Part shown: positions 49,782 to 59,340 of the stretch, piece after piece
How positions within the stretch are numbered: the stretch's first letter is position 1
Layout: the number at the start of each line of letters is the position of its first letter
Source: Gammaproteobacteria bacterium
Lineage (GTDB): Bacteria > Pseudomonadota > Gammaproteobacteria > G965277405
Direction of reading: 5' to 3'
Assembly (NCBI GenBank): GCA_965277405.1
Contig: OZ255726.1
Location: 480,001-544,000, forward strand
DNA length: 64,000 nt
Made by a program: the position numbers and the translations under genes
The notes under the pieces: generated by a model
Told to the model about the DNA's origin: nothing
Databases searched by the model: none
What the model saw: only the letters and a program-made list of their open reading frames with translations

Positions 49782-50130
49782 GGAAGCTCTGATTAAGACT
49801 CGCATATACTCCAATAACTCGCATATACTCCAAAAAAGTAATAGAAATAATTTTCAATGGTCAATATTTGACCATTTCGCTGATCTTCTGTTGCTGTTTT
49901 ACTGTTTTTTATTGTTTCTTATTGTTTCTTATTGTTTTTCTTGAATTTTGGGCGGTTCTATCCTGTTAGTCGTCCTCGCAGCATGTATAAGTTCGTCAAT
50001 GCCAGCAAAGAAAATACTTGTACTCGGTTCTTTTCTAGTCCTTTGTAGCGAGCTTTCTTATAACCAAACTGACATTTGATTAGCCGAAAACAGTGCTCAA
50101 TCCGGGCGCGCATTAGAGTTCTGTCTATTG
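49782..50130 (-). mobile_element. IS5-family right-end fragment
   Basis: TIR plus near-identity to 32748-33090; truncated by the next IS. Confidence 0.88.
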
Positions 50131-50748
50131 GGACTGTTGCAAATAGAAGACAAATAATCTTATTGATTAGGTATATTGCTTATAGTCTGGTGTAAAATCA
50201 TTAAACTCAACTACAACCTTATATTTTAAATATCATGTATAAACAAGTAGAAATGATTACCCTAGCAGATCTAGTAGCCGCTGATCATATATACCGAAAG
50301 TTTGTTCAATTAATAGATATTCGCCGCTTAGATAATAAATATTTAAAAACAGCACAAGGCTCTAGCAACTATAAAGGTTATGGTATAGAACTGTTATTTA
50401 AAGCACTACTGCTGCAACACTTAGAAGATTTAAGTGATAGAGAGCTTGAAAGTTACTTAACAGAAAACACCGCTGCTAAATAGTTTTGTAATGGTTTTGT
50501 AATGTAGCGTTAACCGCGCCTACGCCAGATCATACAGTATTTACAAGAGCTAGAGCGCGTATAGGTACGCACCAATTATCTAAGATATTTGCAGATGTTC
50601 GCGCTCAATTGCAACAACATGGGTACATGAATGAGGTATTTACTTGTATAGATGCCTCTCATTTAATAGCTAAAGCTAATTTGTGGGAAGAGAGAGATAG
50701 AGTAATCCAGCAAAAGTACGCCAAACTTAATAATGAGGTTTTACCTAA
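50131..50748 (+). mobile_element. Truncated DUF772-type (IS5/IS1182-like) IS pseudogene, copy 1
   Basis: LSDRELE, PDHTVF and IDASH fragments with a stop and frameshift; cut at LNNEVLP by IS5 copy B. Confidence 0.8.
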
Positions 50749-51979
50749 GGAATCTCTGATTAAGTCCCAAACAACAGCAATATCAGCTGCAAAGATATAC
50801 AATGGTGAATCTATTTGAATATTTGAATATTTGAATAAGCGGATAATCTTATGAAACAAACAACTTTTGCCAGTGCTGCATACGACCACAAGAAAGTAAC
50901 AATGAAACCAAAAAAAATTCTTGCAGTTAATGGACAAATTAGCTCCATGGCAACAGTTGTTAGAGTTAATAGAACCGCATTATCCCAAGAAAGGGAATGG
51001 CCGCCCACCGATTAATATGCAGACCATGTTACGCATTTATTTTTTACAGCAATGGTACAACTTATCAGACCCAGGGGTAGAAGAAGCACTATATGACATG
51101 GAAAGCATGCGGCGTTTTGCCCATATAGAGCTGATAGACGATGCCATCCCTGATGAAACCACCATCTTGAACTTTGCCCGCAGGATCATAGAAAAACATC
51201 AACTCAGCGTCAAGATACTTGCTGTGGTGAATGAGTATTGTATGGAACAATAATATAATAATCTCACCAGGGACAATGGTTGCTGCCACGACCATCAATG
51301 CGCCATCATCTACGCAGAATTAAAGAGAAAGCCCGTGATCCTGAAATGCAGCAAACAAGGAAAGGCAAGCAGTGGTATTTTGGCATGAAAATGCATATAG
51401 CAACTCGACGCTAATAGCAATATGATTCATAGCGCGGCAATGCCTACCACCACAGCCGCGGCCTACCACCACAGCCGCGAATGCAGCGGACATCAATGAC
51501 CCCCCCAAATTGCTGCGTAAAACAGGCAAGGTTATCTTTGCCGATGCAGGATATACAAGCGACAGTTATAAACGCGGTTCGCGTCACCTTGGGATAGATT
51601 GGCGGGTGAATGATAAACGTAAACCAAAGCAGCAAATGAGCACCTCGCAGCGCAAACGCAATAGACAGAACTCTAAGGTGCGCGCCCAGATTGAGCACTG
51701 TTTTCGGGTAATCAAATGTCAGTTTGGTTATAAGAAAGCTCGCTACAAAGGACTAGAAAAGAATCGAGTACAAGTATTTTCTTTGCTGGCATTGACGAAC
51801 TTGTACATGCTGCGCGGACGACTAACAGGATAGAACCGCCCAAAATTCAAGAAAAACAGTAAAACAGCAACAAAAGATCAGCGAAATGGTCAAATATTGA
51901 CCATTGAAAATTATTGCTATTACTTTTTTGGAGTATATGCGAGTTCTTGGAGTATATGCGAGTCTTAATCAGAGATTCC
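50749..51979 (+). mobile_element. IS5-family insertion sequence with frameshifted transposase (copy B)
   Basis: TIRs GGAATCTCTGATTAA / TTAATCAGAGATTCC; homologous to 32748-33984. Confidence 0.92.
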
Positions 51980-52264
51980 TTAGGTTTGAAAGATTTTATA
52001 AATTACTGACAAAATGCAGAAAACATCCATTAAAAAATAGTATTTACCCTAATATTCGTCGGTTTAGTGTCCGTCTGTTACTGTAGTAGTAGGTAATGTA
52101 AGATCTTGCGATTATAATGTACGATTTTGTGATTGTAGTGTTTACTTATGCGATTGTAAGTGTAACAGTTTAATGCAACTGGATGCTTGATTGCGATACT
52201 AAATACAGGATGTGAATTTAATCTACACTTTTTATTATACTTTATTACACTAGGGATACCAAAA

Positions 52265-52930
52265 ATGAAGCATAAACACACAATATTCGCACTCATAGTC
52301 ACTATTTTTTCTATGCCAGTCTTCGCTGCAACAGAACTATTTGTTGGAGTAGGTTATGCGTTGCCTGTAAGGAAAAGCAGTGCAGAATTTTTAGGCCGTG
52401 GAGAAAATACAATAAAACATAGTGGACTGAATTTTACTGTTGGAGCTATTTTTGCTAAGAAACATCGACTTAGTATAATGAGGCAAAAGCTTTCTAAAAA
52501 AAAATTAGAGAACGGGTTTTACATAAAAGGAGAAATGGTTGCATTAAGCTATGACTATCACTTTGCTTCAGGTTTGTATCTTGGTGCGAGTTTGCACCAA
52601 AACACATTAGAAATACAGACTGAAAGACCAGGCTCGTATCTTTTTTCGATAGCACAGCAAACTGAAACACTGAATAGTAACCCGTCTAGTGGGTTACGAG
52701 CGGGGTATATGTTGAAAATTACTGAAGAATCAGCAGTTTTATTCTTGCTTGCCTTATACGGAACAAGCTATGGAGAAAGCTATTATGAGTTTGACAATTA
52801 CTATGTGGATGTGGATGGAAACTATTATGAGTTTGACAATTACTATGTGAATGTGAGTAAGAATGCTGAATATAATATGTCCCTGTTTAGTCTTGTGTAT
52901 ACGTACACTCTACCCTCGTCAGGTAGGTGA
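52265..52930 (+). CDS. Hypothetical exported protein, possible small outer-membrane beta-barrel
   Basis: Signal peptide MKHKHTIF...VFA; alternating aromatic strands; internal 42-bp duplication at 52780-52855. Confidence 0.6.
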   Translation: MKHKHTIFALIVTIFSMPVFAATELFVGVGYALPVRKSSAEFLGRGENTIKHSGLNFTVGAIFAKKHRLSIMRQKLSKKKLENGFYIKGEMVALSYDYHFASGLYLGASLHQNTLEIQTERPGSYLFSIAQQTETLNSNPSSGLRAGYMLKITEESAVLFLLALYGTSYGESYYEFDNYYVDVDGNYYEFDNYYVNVSKNAEYNMSLFSLVYTYTLPSSGR

Positions 52931-53659
52931 TGAAAACTGATTAGTTGTTGGTTTGTTGTTTTATGTAAATTTTGTCGGTTTTCTCTGGATTTTTCTATTT
53001 TCACTCCACAGTTCATTTTTTTTGATTTCTGGACAGTTTGGGATGATAAATTGATATTTAATCCGGAATTACTAATGAATTAACTCACCAATAAGCGGCT
53101 ATTAATCTCCTCTTAGTTTAATCAAAGCAACCTTGCAGCCTCCAATGTGCTCGGTAAATCTTGATGCTGGTAGTTGATAATAATCAGCGCGTTACTATTT
53201 GTGTTTAATATTTGTGTGTTGTTGCCCAGCGGCTGTCTTGGTGTTTAAGATGATGATGCGCTTATCGTGCTGATAGCGGCTGTTGATATTTGCGCATCAA
53301 AGTTACCTGTCTTGTTGTTTAAGTTAAATTAGCCAATATTGAGCGTGCGTTTAATATCTTGTAAATATCGTCTGCGCTGATACCGAGCAACTCCAGTGCA
53401 GGCAAGACATTGCGGGTACCGTCGTGGTGTCAGAGTGCTTTTTCATCAGTAAGGCCAACCGTAACTTGCTTTGTGCTTGTCGGATAGTTCAATGATTCGA
53501 GCATGTTCCCTGTGGTATTCAGAATATCGTTTGGCATGGGCATGCTTTTGCGTTTTTTCCTGTATCGTTGCAGCTTTGAGATGCTGCCACGCCGCACTGT
53601 CAGCATCCCACGCGTTGGGTATAAATGCTACGGAGGTGTGTTTTTCAACAGCATGCTAA

Positions 53660-53727
53660 ATTATCATCAGCGTTTTTTCACCGTCTCGACCATCAGCGAG
53701 TTTGTGGGTAATTGCTGATGATTGCAA
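53660..53727 (+). mobile_element. Degenerate internal MITE fragments
   Basis: TTATCATCAGCGTTTTTTCACCGTCTCG and AATTGCTGATGATTGCAA match MITE segments. Confidence 0.65.
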
Positions 53728-53956
53728 TCAGACCTGCTAGTTTACAAGCGGACTATCGCGCAATTGAAAACTGGGCTGATGCTGTTGTTGATGCCCGCAC
53801 CATCACGAACACTTCTTTATGGTAATTGTGCGCGTGGAGTTTTGCAGCGATAGCGTGTGAAATTTGCAGTATTCATCGATATAATTCCTAGCAAACAGGT
53901 GTTGTTCTTGCTGGTAACATGTATTATTCACAATATTTTACATTTAAATTGGAGTT

Positions 53957-54547
53957 ATGGGCATTATGTATACTAATAGAATTGCTTCACAGGTATTGAT
54001 TGTCGGTAGTGTTTTGCTGGCGGGCTGTTCATCTTCCCCTGCCGTTCCCACGCAGGAAAAATGCTTGTTTCCAGACGCTGTGGGTGGTGATGCTCCACTG
54101 TGGGTGTGTCATGAGCGTCTTGATGGCGGTCCAAAATTTCAAGCAATGGGAAGTGCACGACTAGGCGGCAACCGTTCACTAGCTGAGTCAAAAGCAACGG
54201 CTGTTGCACAGGTTAAATTGGCGGGGCGGATGAACATCTCCATAAAAAACATGATTGAAAGCTATGCCGCTGAAGTGGCATCAACCGATGGCGATGTTAT
54301 CAACACAGATAGCTTTGAAGAAACAACTCGTAGAACAGTGAAGCAAAATATTATCGGCAGCCACATTATTCGAAAAGTGGTTAGTTCTAGCGGAGACGAA
54401 CTGTATGTACTGATGGTAATGAATCCTGCTGATGTTAAGGAGGTGGTAGGCGAAGTTATCGATGTACTGGAACAGGAAAATAATCTGTTAAAGGGTAAGA
54501 TGAACCTAGGCAATGCAATGAAACGCCTCGATGAGAAGGTGCAATAG
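53957..54547 (+). CDS. LPP20-like lipoprotein
   Basis: Lipobox LAGC; APLWV, A..A...LA and LYVLM pattern. Confidence 0.7.
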   Translation: MGIMYTNRIASQVLIVGSVLLAGCSSSPAVPTQEKCLFPDAVGGDAPLWVCHERLDGGPKFQAMGSARLGGNRSLAESKATAVAQVKLAGRMNISIKNMIESYAAEVASTDGDVINTDSFEETTRRTVKQNIIGSHIIRKVVSSSGDELYVLMVMNPADVKEVVGEVIDVLEQENNLLKGKMNLGNAMKRLDEKVQ

Positions 54548-54609
54548 GTCGTTAGTGCCTGCATAGTCGTTAGCGTCCGCATAGTTAGCGTCCACATATA
54601 AATGCCTCC

Positions 54610-54987
54610 ATGCGCCATTGTTTGTTGTTTGCTTTGGTATTGCTTCTTCCATCTTGCACACTATTTCAACCGCATCCTCCTGAATGGATGAACAATCCAC
54701 CAGCAAACAGCGGAGTTGGCATTGCTGGACCGAACATAGACGGCATTCCCGCACAAATCAGCTTAGCAACCCACCGAGCCAGTATTGATTATGCAAAAAG
54801 GAAAGGGTATCTGGTTGAATCATCAACTCTGGTTCGCGCTGGTGCTGATGGGAGGATTGAATGGGAAGAGCTAGAGGAGAATAGCAGCGGGACTATGGAG
54901 GCAACTAAAGTGCAGGTAGAAGTGCGAGAACGTTGGTACGATGGGCATACCAACTACTATGTTCTGGTTACGGCAGTGGATGAGTGA
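54610..54987 (+). CDS. Small lipoprotein, LPP20-like
   Basis: Lipobox-like LPSC; PEWMNNPP...GVG; YVLV near the C-terminus. Confidence 0.6.
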   Translation: MRHCLLFALVLLLPSCTLFQPHPPEWMNNPPANSGVGIAGPNIDGIPAQISLATHRASIDYAKRKGYLVESSTLVRAGADGRIEWEELEENSSGTMEATKVQVEVRERWYDGHTNYYVLVTAVDE

Positions 54988-55125
54988 TGGAGCTTTAGTT
55001 GGTATTCTAACCATTCATCCAATATTGATTGTTAGCAGGTTTGATTCATCATTCTAGCAACGTGTGTTGCAACGAAAAATGCAAGTGATGAGTGATATTC
55101 ACCAGTTTAAACGCCCAGCTAATAA

Positions 55126-55150
55126 GGAATCGCTGATTAAGCAGATGATT
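55126..55150 (+). mobile_element. Degenerate MITE terminal repeat
   Basis: GGAATCGCTGATTAAG, one mismatch to the TIR, after ATAA. Confidence 0.5.
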
Positions 55151-55314
55151 GGCATATGTCGTGTAAACCACTGCCAACGTTGTCAAACTATTGAAATATA
55201 CTGAATGTTTTCGTACACTTGTCTGTGATTTTTGCTGTCTTTGCTCTAGCATAGTCTCTATAGCGTAACAATTGTGCAGATTGATCAATACAACGCCACA
55301 GGAGGGGGACGTTC

Positions 55315-58173
55315 ATGCGAAACACCACACTCAGTACAACAGTAACTAGATTTACCGTTTTCGTCAGTTGTATCCTGTTAGCCGTAGGCTGCGCTACACA
55401 GCAGGCTAGTCAACAACACCAGCGACAGCAGGCTAAACAGCAGGCTATAATAAAACAGCACCAGCTACAGCAAGCTCAACAGCACCAGCCCAACGCAGAG
55501 TTGAGGAACGCCACCAGAGTGGCGTTCAAGGAGCGAATCTATGGTTGGAAGCTGTTGCGCACCTACCATGAGCATAAAAATTCGGTAACGTTAATCGCCT
55601 TCAGTCCAGATGGTAAGACCCTCGCCAGCGGATCTAGGGATAAGACTATCAAACTCTGGAATCCGCGCAGCGGCAAGTTGTTGCGCACCCTGAAGGGGCA
55701 TAGTGATGATGTAAATTCAGTCGCCTTCAGTCCAGATGGTAAGACGCTTGCCAGCGGATCTAGGGATAAGACTATCAAACTATGGAATCCGCGCAGCGGC
55801 AAGTTTTTGCGCACCCTGAAGGGGCATAGTGATGATGTAAATTCAGTCGCCTTCAGTCCAGATGGTAAGACGCTTGCCAGCGGATCTGGGGATAAGACTA
55901 TCAAACTCTGGAATACTCGCAGCGGCAAGTTGTTGCGCACCCTAATCGGGCATACTGGTACCGTATTTACAGTCGCCTTCAGTCCAGATGGTAAGACCCT
56001 CGCCAGCGGATCTCTGGACAGGACTATCAAACGCTGGAATACGCGCAGCGGCAAGTTGTTGCGCACCATTAATGGGCATAGTAACGCGGTATGGTCAGTC
56101 GCCTTCAGTCCAGATGGTAAGACGCTTGCCAGTGGATCTAATGATCAGACTATCAAACTCTGGAATCCGCGCAGCGACAAGTTGTTGCGCACCCTAATCG
56201 GGCATACTGATACCGTATTCTCAGTCGCCTTCAGTCCAGATGGTAAGACCCTCGCCAGCGGATCTCTGGATAGGACTGTCAAACGCTGGAATCCGCGCAG
56301 CGGCACGTCGGTGGGCACCCTTGATGGGCGTGGGAGTAATTGCAAGGGATGCGAGGCATACTCAGTCGCCTTCAGCCCAGCTGGCCTTCTTGCCATCGGA
56401 TTTCGGCATAGTAGCATCCAACTCTGGCAATTACCGAGGTCAGACGACTATGTCTGGAATAAGTTTGTCGCCAGCTGGAATCGTGGCGACGCAGGTCTGG
56501 AGGAGCTGTACCAGCTACAACACAAATATCCAACGAATACCAGCATAGCCGCTGCCTATGCTAGGGCGAGCTCCAAAAGCCCCTACGGCAGTGGCCGAGT
56601 TGCTGTTTATTTGCGCAGGTGGCAGCTTGACAGCACTAGCTGGCGGACAACTACCGCCTTTATCCAACAACTGGCTTCTGACTGGCTCAACCTTAAGGAA
56701 ATAATCAAACCAGCGAAAATCATAATGCCTACGTTACCGCCAGCTGTAGAGTTGATACAGGAAAATTGGGAAGGGGATAGTGAATTCGAAACTCGAGTTG
56801 CTCAGCTGAACAAGGCGCGTCAAGCGCGGATAAACCAACTTCAAGCAGACTACAGACACAAGGTCGAAGTGCGCAACAGCAAAGTTACCAAGCTTGAACG
56901 CCTACAACAGCAACGCCATAATCAACTAGCAAGCTATGTACAAGGCATACTTGATTATAGCCTTGAAACGCAGCCGCCAGCACTAGACAAAGTAATAATC
57001 AACCAACAAACACTTGATCTTTATGCTGATCTGGTGTTCAAAGGAACCCTTGTTGGTCGCTATAAACTGGCGCAGGCGCCACTGAAGCTGCGCAAACAGG
57101 TTATGACTAACAGCAAAAGTGTGAAAGTGCTACCGAATATTGAGTTAAGCGACACCAATGATTTTCGTGTAACTTCAATCACTATCTTGCATGATGATCA
57201 AAGATGGCTAGCGCAGGCAAGCGAGCAACAGCTACAACACACGAATACCCCTTTGGTTGCTACCATCGGCAACGCCAGCGAAACGCGTGAACTGAGTAGC
57301 ATCTCCCTACTGCAAAAGCAAAACCCTAACCTAGTCGATGTCAACTCAGTGGGGACGGTTCAGTACAAAGACGGCACCACAGCACTCACCCGCTATCAAG
57401 ACGACCTCACTCCGCTGGTGCAACAATTAGCCCAGGCACCAATAGACCAAAGCAAATGGCTGTTCGTCATCGGTGCAGAACGCTACCAGGAGACAGATAA
57501 CATCCTTTTTGCCAGAAGAAGTGCCGAGAACTTTGCCCTCGCCGCCAAAAAATCACTTGGCATCGACGCTGGTCACACCATCACCCTCTACGACGAGCAG
57601 GCGACCAGCGGACAGATAAAAACCAAGCTCAAAAAGCTGCTGCGTGAGGGCATCAGCCCCGGTGACAGCATTATCCTTTACTACAATGGTCACGGCTTGC
57701 CGGTCAGAGAACAAGACGATACCCCTTATATGCTGCCGACCGATATGATTCCCGACTTTGTCAGCGATGAGCCTTTTTTTAAACTTGAAAATATGTATGC
57801 TTTACTCGCTAAATCGAAAGCAGGCAACGCAATAGTGATAATGGACAGTTGCTTTACTGGCGGCGCGGACGGCAGGTCAGTCATCAAAGGTGTGGCAGCA
57901 GCGAGCCTATCACCAAAAAAACTTTTGATAGACAAGAGCAAACTCATCGTTATGACAGCAGGGACAGACAAGCAATACTCCACCGCCTTCAAAGACAAAG
58001 GCTACCGACTTTTTAGCTACTACCTGATTAAAAGGCTGGTAGCAAACAAACCGCAAACGGTTGAAGATTGGTTTGAATCGGTACAAAGTCAGGTCAAAAC
58101 AACTTCGCGCCAAATAGGAGGCTCGCTCAGCTATCAGGATCCGCAGTTGCTGGGGAGCAATCAGCAGCTATAG
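55315..58173 (+). CDS. Lipoprotein with 7 WD40 repeats, coiled coil and C-terminal caspase-family (peptidase C14) domain
   Basis: Lipobox AVGC; Gln-rich linker; GH..V.SVAFSPDGKTLASGS.D.TIKLW repeats; catalytic YNGHG and MDSCFTG. Confidence 0.9.
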   Translation: MRNTTLSTTVTRFTVFVSCILLAVGCATQQASQQHQRQQAKQQAIIKQHQLQQAQQHQPNAELRNATRVAFKERIYGWKLLRTYHEHKNSVTLIAFSPDGKTLASGSRDKTIKLWNPRSGKLLRTLKGHSDDVNSVAFSPDGKTLASGSRDKTIKLWNPRSGKFLRTLKGHSDDVNSVAFSPDGKTLASGSGDKTIKLWNTRSGKLLRTLIGHTGTVFTVAFSPDGKTLASGSLDRTIKRWNTRSGKLLRTINGHSNAVWSVAFSPDGKTLASGSNDQTIKLWNPRSDKLLRTLIGHTDTVFSVAFSPDGKTLASGSLDRTVKRWNPRSGTSVGTLDGRGSNCKGCEAYSVAFSPAGLLAIGFRHSSIQLWQLPRSDDYVWNKFVASWNRGDAGLEELYQLQHKYPTNTSIAAAYARASSKSPYGSGRVAVYLRRWQLDSTSWRTTTAFIQQLASDWLNLKEIIKPAKIIMPTLPPAVELIQENWEGDSEFETRVAQLNKARQARINQLQADYRHKVEVRNSKVTKLERLQQQRHNQLASYVQGILDYSLETQPPALDKVIINQQTLDLYADLVFKGTLVGRYKLAQAPLKLRKQVMTNSKSVKVLPNIELSDTNDFRVTSITILHDDQRWLAQASEQQLQHTNTPLVATIGNASETRELSSISLLQKQNPNLVDVNSVGTVQYKDGTTALTRYQDDLTPLVQQLAQAPIDQSKWLFVIGAERYQETDNILFARRSAENFALAAKKSLGIDAGHTITLYDEQATSGQIKTKLKKLLREGISPGDSIILYYNGHGLPVREQDDTPYMLPTDMIPDFVSDEPFFKLENMYALLAKSKAGNAIVIMDSCFTGGADGRSVIKGVAAASLSPKKLLIDKSKLIVMTAGTDKQYSTAFKDKGYRLFSYYLIKRLVANKPQTVEDWFESVQSQVKTTSRQIGGSLSYQDPQLLGSNQQL
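55550..56430 (+). repeat. 126-bp near-identical tandem WD40-coding repeats
   Basis: GCCTTCAGTCCAGATGGTAAGAC at 55597, 55723, 55849, 55975, 56101, 56227; diverged 7th unit at 56368. Confidence 0.95.
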
Positions 58174-58190
58174 CACAAGCCAGACAAAGC

Positions 58191-59243
58191 ATGCAATCTC
58201 CTTGGCAGTTTGTCTGTATGGCAATACTCCTAATTTCTTGCGCCACAAACACACCAACCCTAGAATATCCGCAGTGGTACAAAAGATTACCGCAGCAGCA
58301 AGGGATAGTGATTGGCTATGGCTATGGTTTGACAAAACAAGAAGCTCGGTACAAGTCTTTTGATCATCTTCGTAACCAGCTGGGCGTCAGCGTACATTCC
58401 ACTCAGGTTTTTTCTGAGTTTGAACGAATTACTAACATTGGCATTGATGAGTTCAGCGATACAAGGGCAGCAGAAGTAATTATTAATGCGGATATACACG
58501 GAGCCGTCCTGCGTAAGGCTGAGCAACGAGGCAGTTATTATTTCATCGCTTACAGCACTGATATCAGGTCGGTTCGGTCGCGTATTCTCGAAACCCCCAG
58601 TCTTTGTCAAGGAGCAAAGGCTGTCGGAATACACAGGCAGCAAAGCCTAACAGGTTTCAAGCCATTCGCACCAATCACCCGAGATTTACAAGCAGATGGT
58701 TGCCCAGACAACTGGACTCTACAACGGCTGAATAATTCATGGTCTATTGAATTGGCGGGACACAGTTTCCAGCTACCGAATGAGCAACTATGGCGTCTTA
58801 CCCTTGCTATAGACAAGACAGATGAACTTACACTGCTTGACGATAAACATCATGAACAGGAGAGTTTTCGTGCTGGTGAGCGTTATTTCGTTTCCTATAA
58901 CAAACCAGTTAATAGCAACATGTACCTTTTTCTCGTTAACGAACTTGGTCAGGTTAATCTACTTGATCAATCCGAGGCCAAACAGCTACGGCGTGAGCGC
59001 TGGTTGTACCCCAATCCCGATAAATACGCTGGTGGTTTGATCGCAGCACCGAACTCAAGTGGATCAATACATAATGACTTAATAGTGGCAGCCGCTTGTC
59101 CTGAGACTATCCACTATCATTTTTCCTCCCTGACAAGTGCAAAACCTGACCTTGCCGATGAAAGACTGTATGTTCTGGACCGATTGATCAAGGAAGTTGA
59201 GCATTGTTTGGTACATATGAGAAGCCTCAGGATAGTATTATAA
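58191..59243 (+). CDS. Lipoprotein with N-terminal LPP20-like domain
   Basis: Lipobox LISC; YPQWY...IGYGYG..KQEA...L.NQL.VSV. Confidence 0.65.
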   Translation: MQSPWQFVCMAILLISCATNTPTLEYPQWYKRLPQQQGIVIGYGYGLTKQEARYKSFDHLRNQLGVSVHSTQVFSEFERITNIGIDEFSDTRAAEVIINADIHGAVLRKAEQRGSYYFIAYSTDIRSVRSRILETPSLCQGAKAVGIHRQQSLTGFKPFAPITRDLQADGCPDNWTLQRLNNSWSIELAGHSFQLPNEQLWRLTLAIDKTDELTLLDDKHHEQESFRAGERYFVSYNKPVNSNMYLFLVNELGQVNLLDQSEAKQLRRERWLYPNPDKYAGGLIAAPNSSGSIHNDLIVAAACPETIHYHFSSLTSAKPDLADERLYVLDRLIKEVEHCLVHMRSLRIVL

Positions 59244-59340
59244 TGTTCAGGTGAAGCACTGAGTGTTGCGGTCGGATGTTATATGCAGATATGCTATGCT
59301 GGTCAACCCTGACCATTAGCCACATAACCATGAGAAAAAT

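Noticed and set aside
53090-53660. Coding-like composition on the minus strand next to a MITE fragment
   Set aside because: Multiple stops and no family recognised; cannot be named as a pseudogene
55550-56430. Regularly spaced repeats resembling a CRISPR array
   Set aside because: Units are 126-bp in-frame WD40 coding repeats without unique spacers; no cas genes
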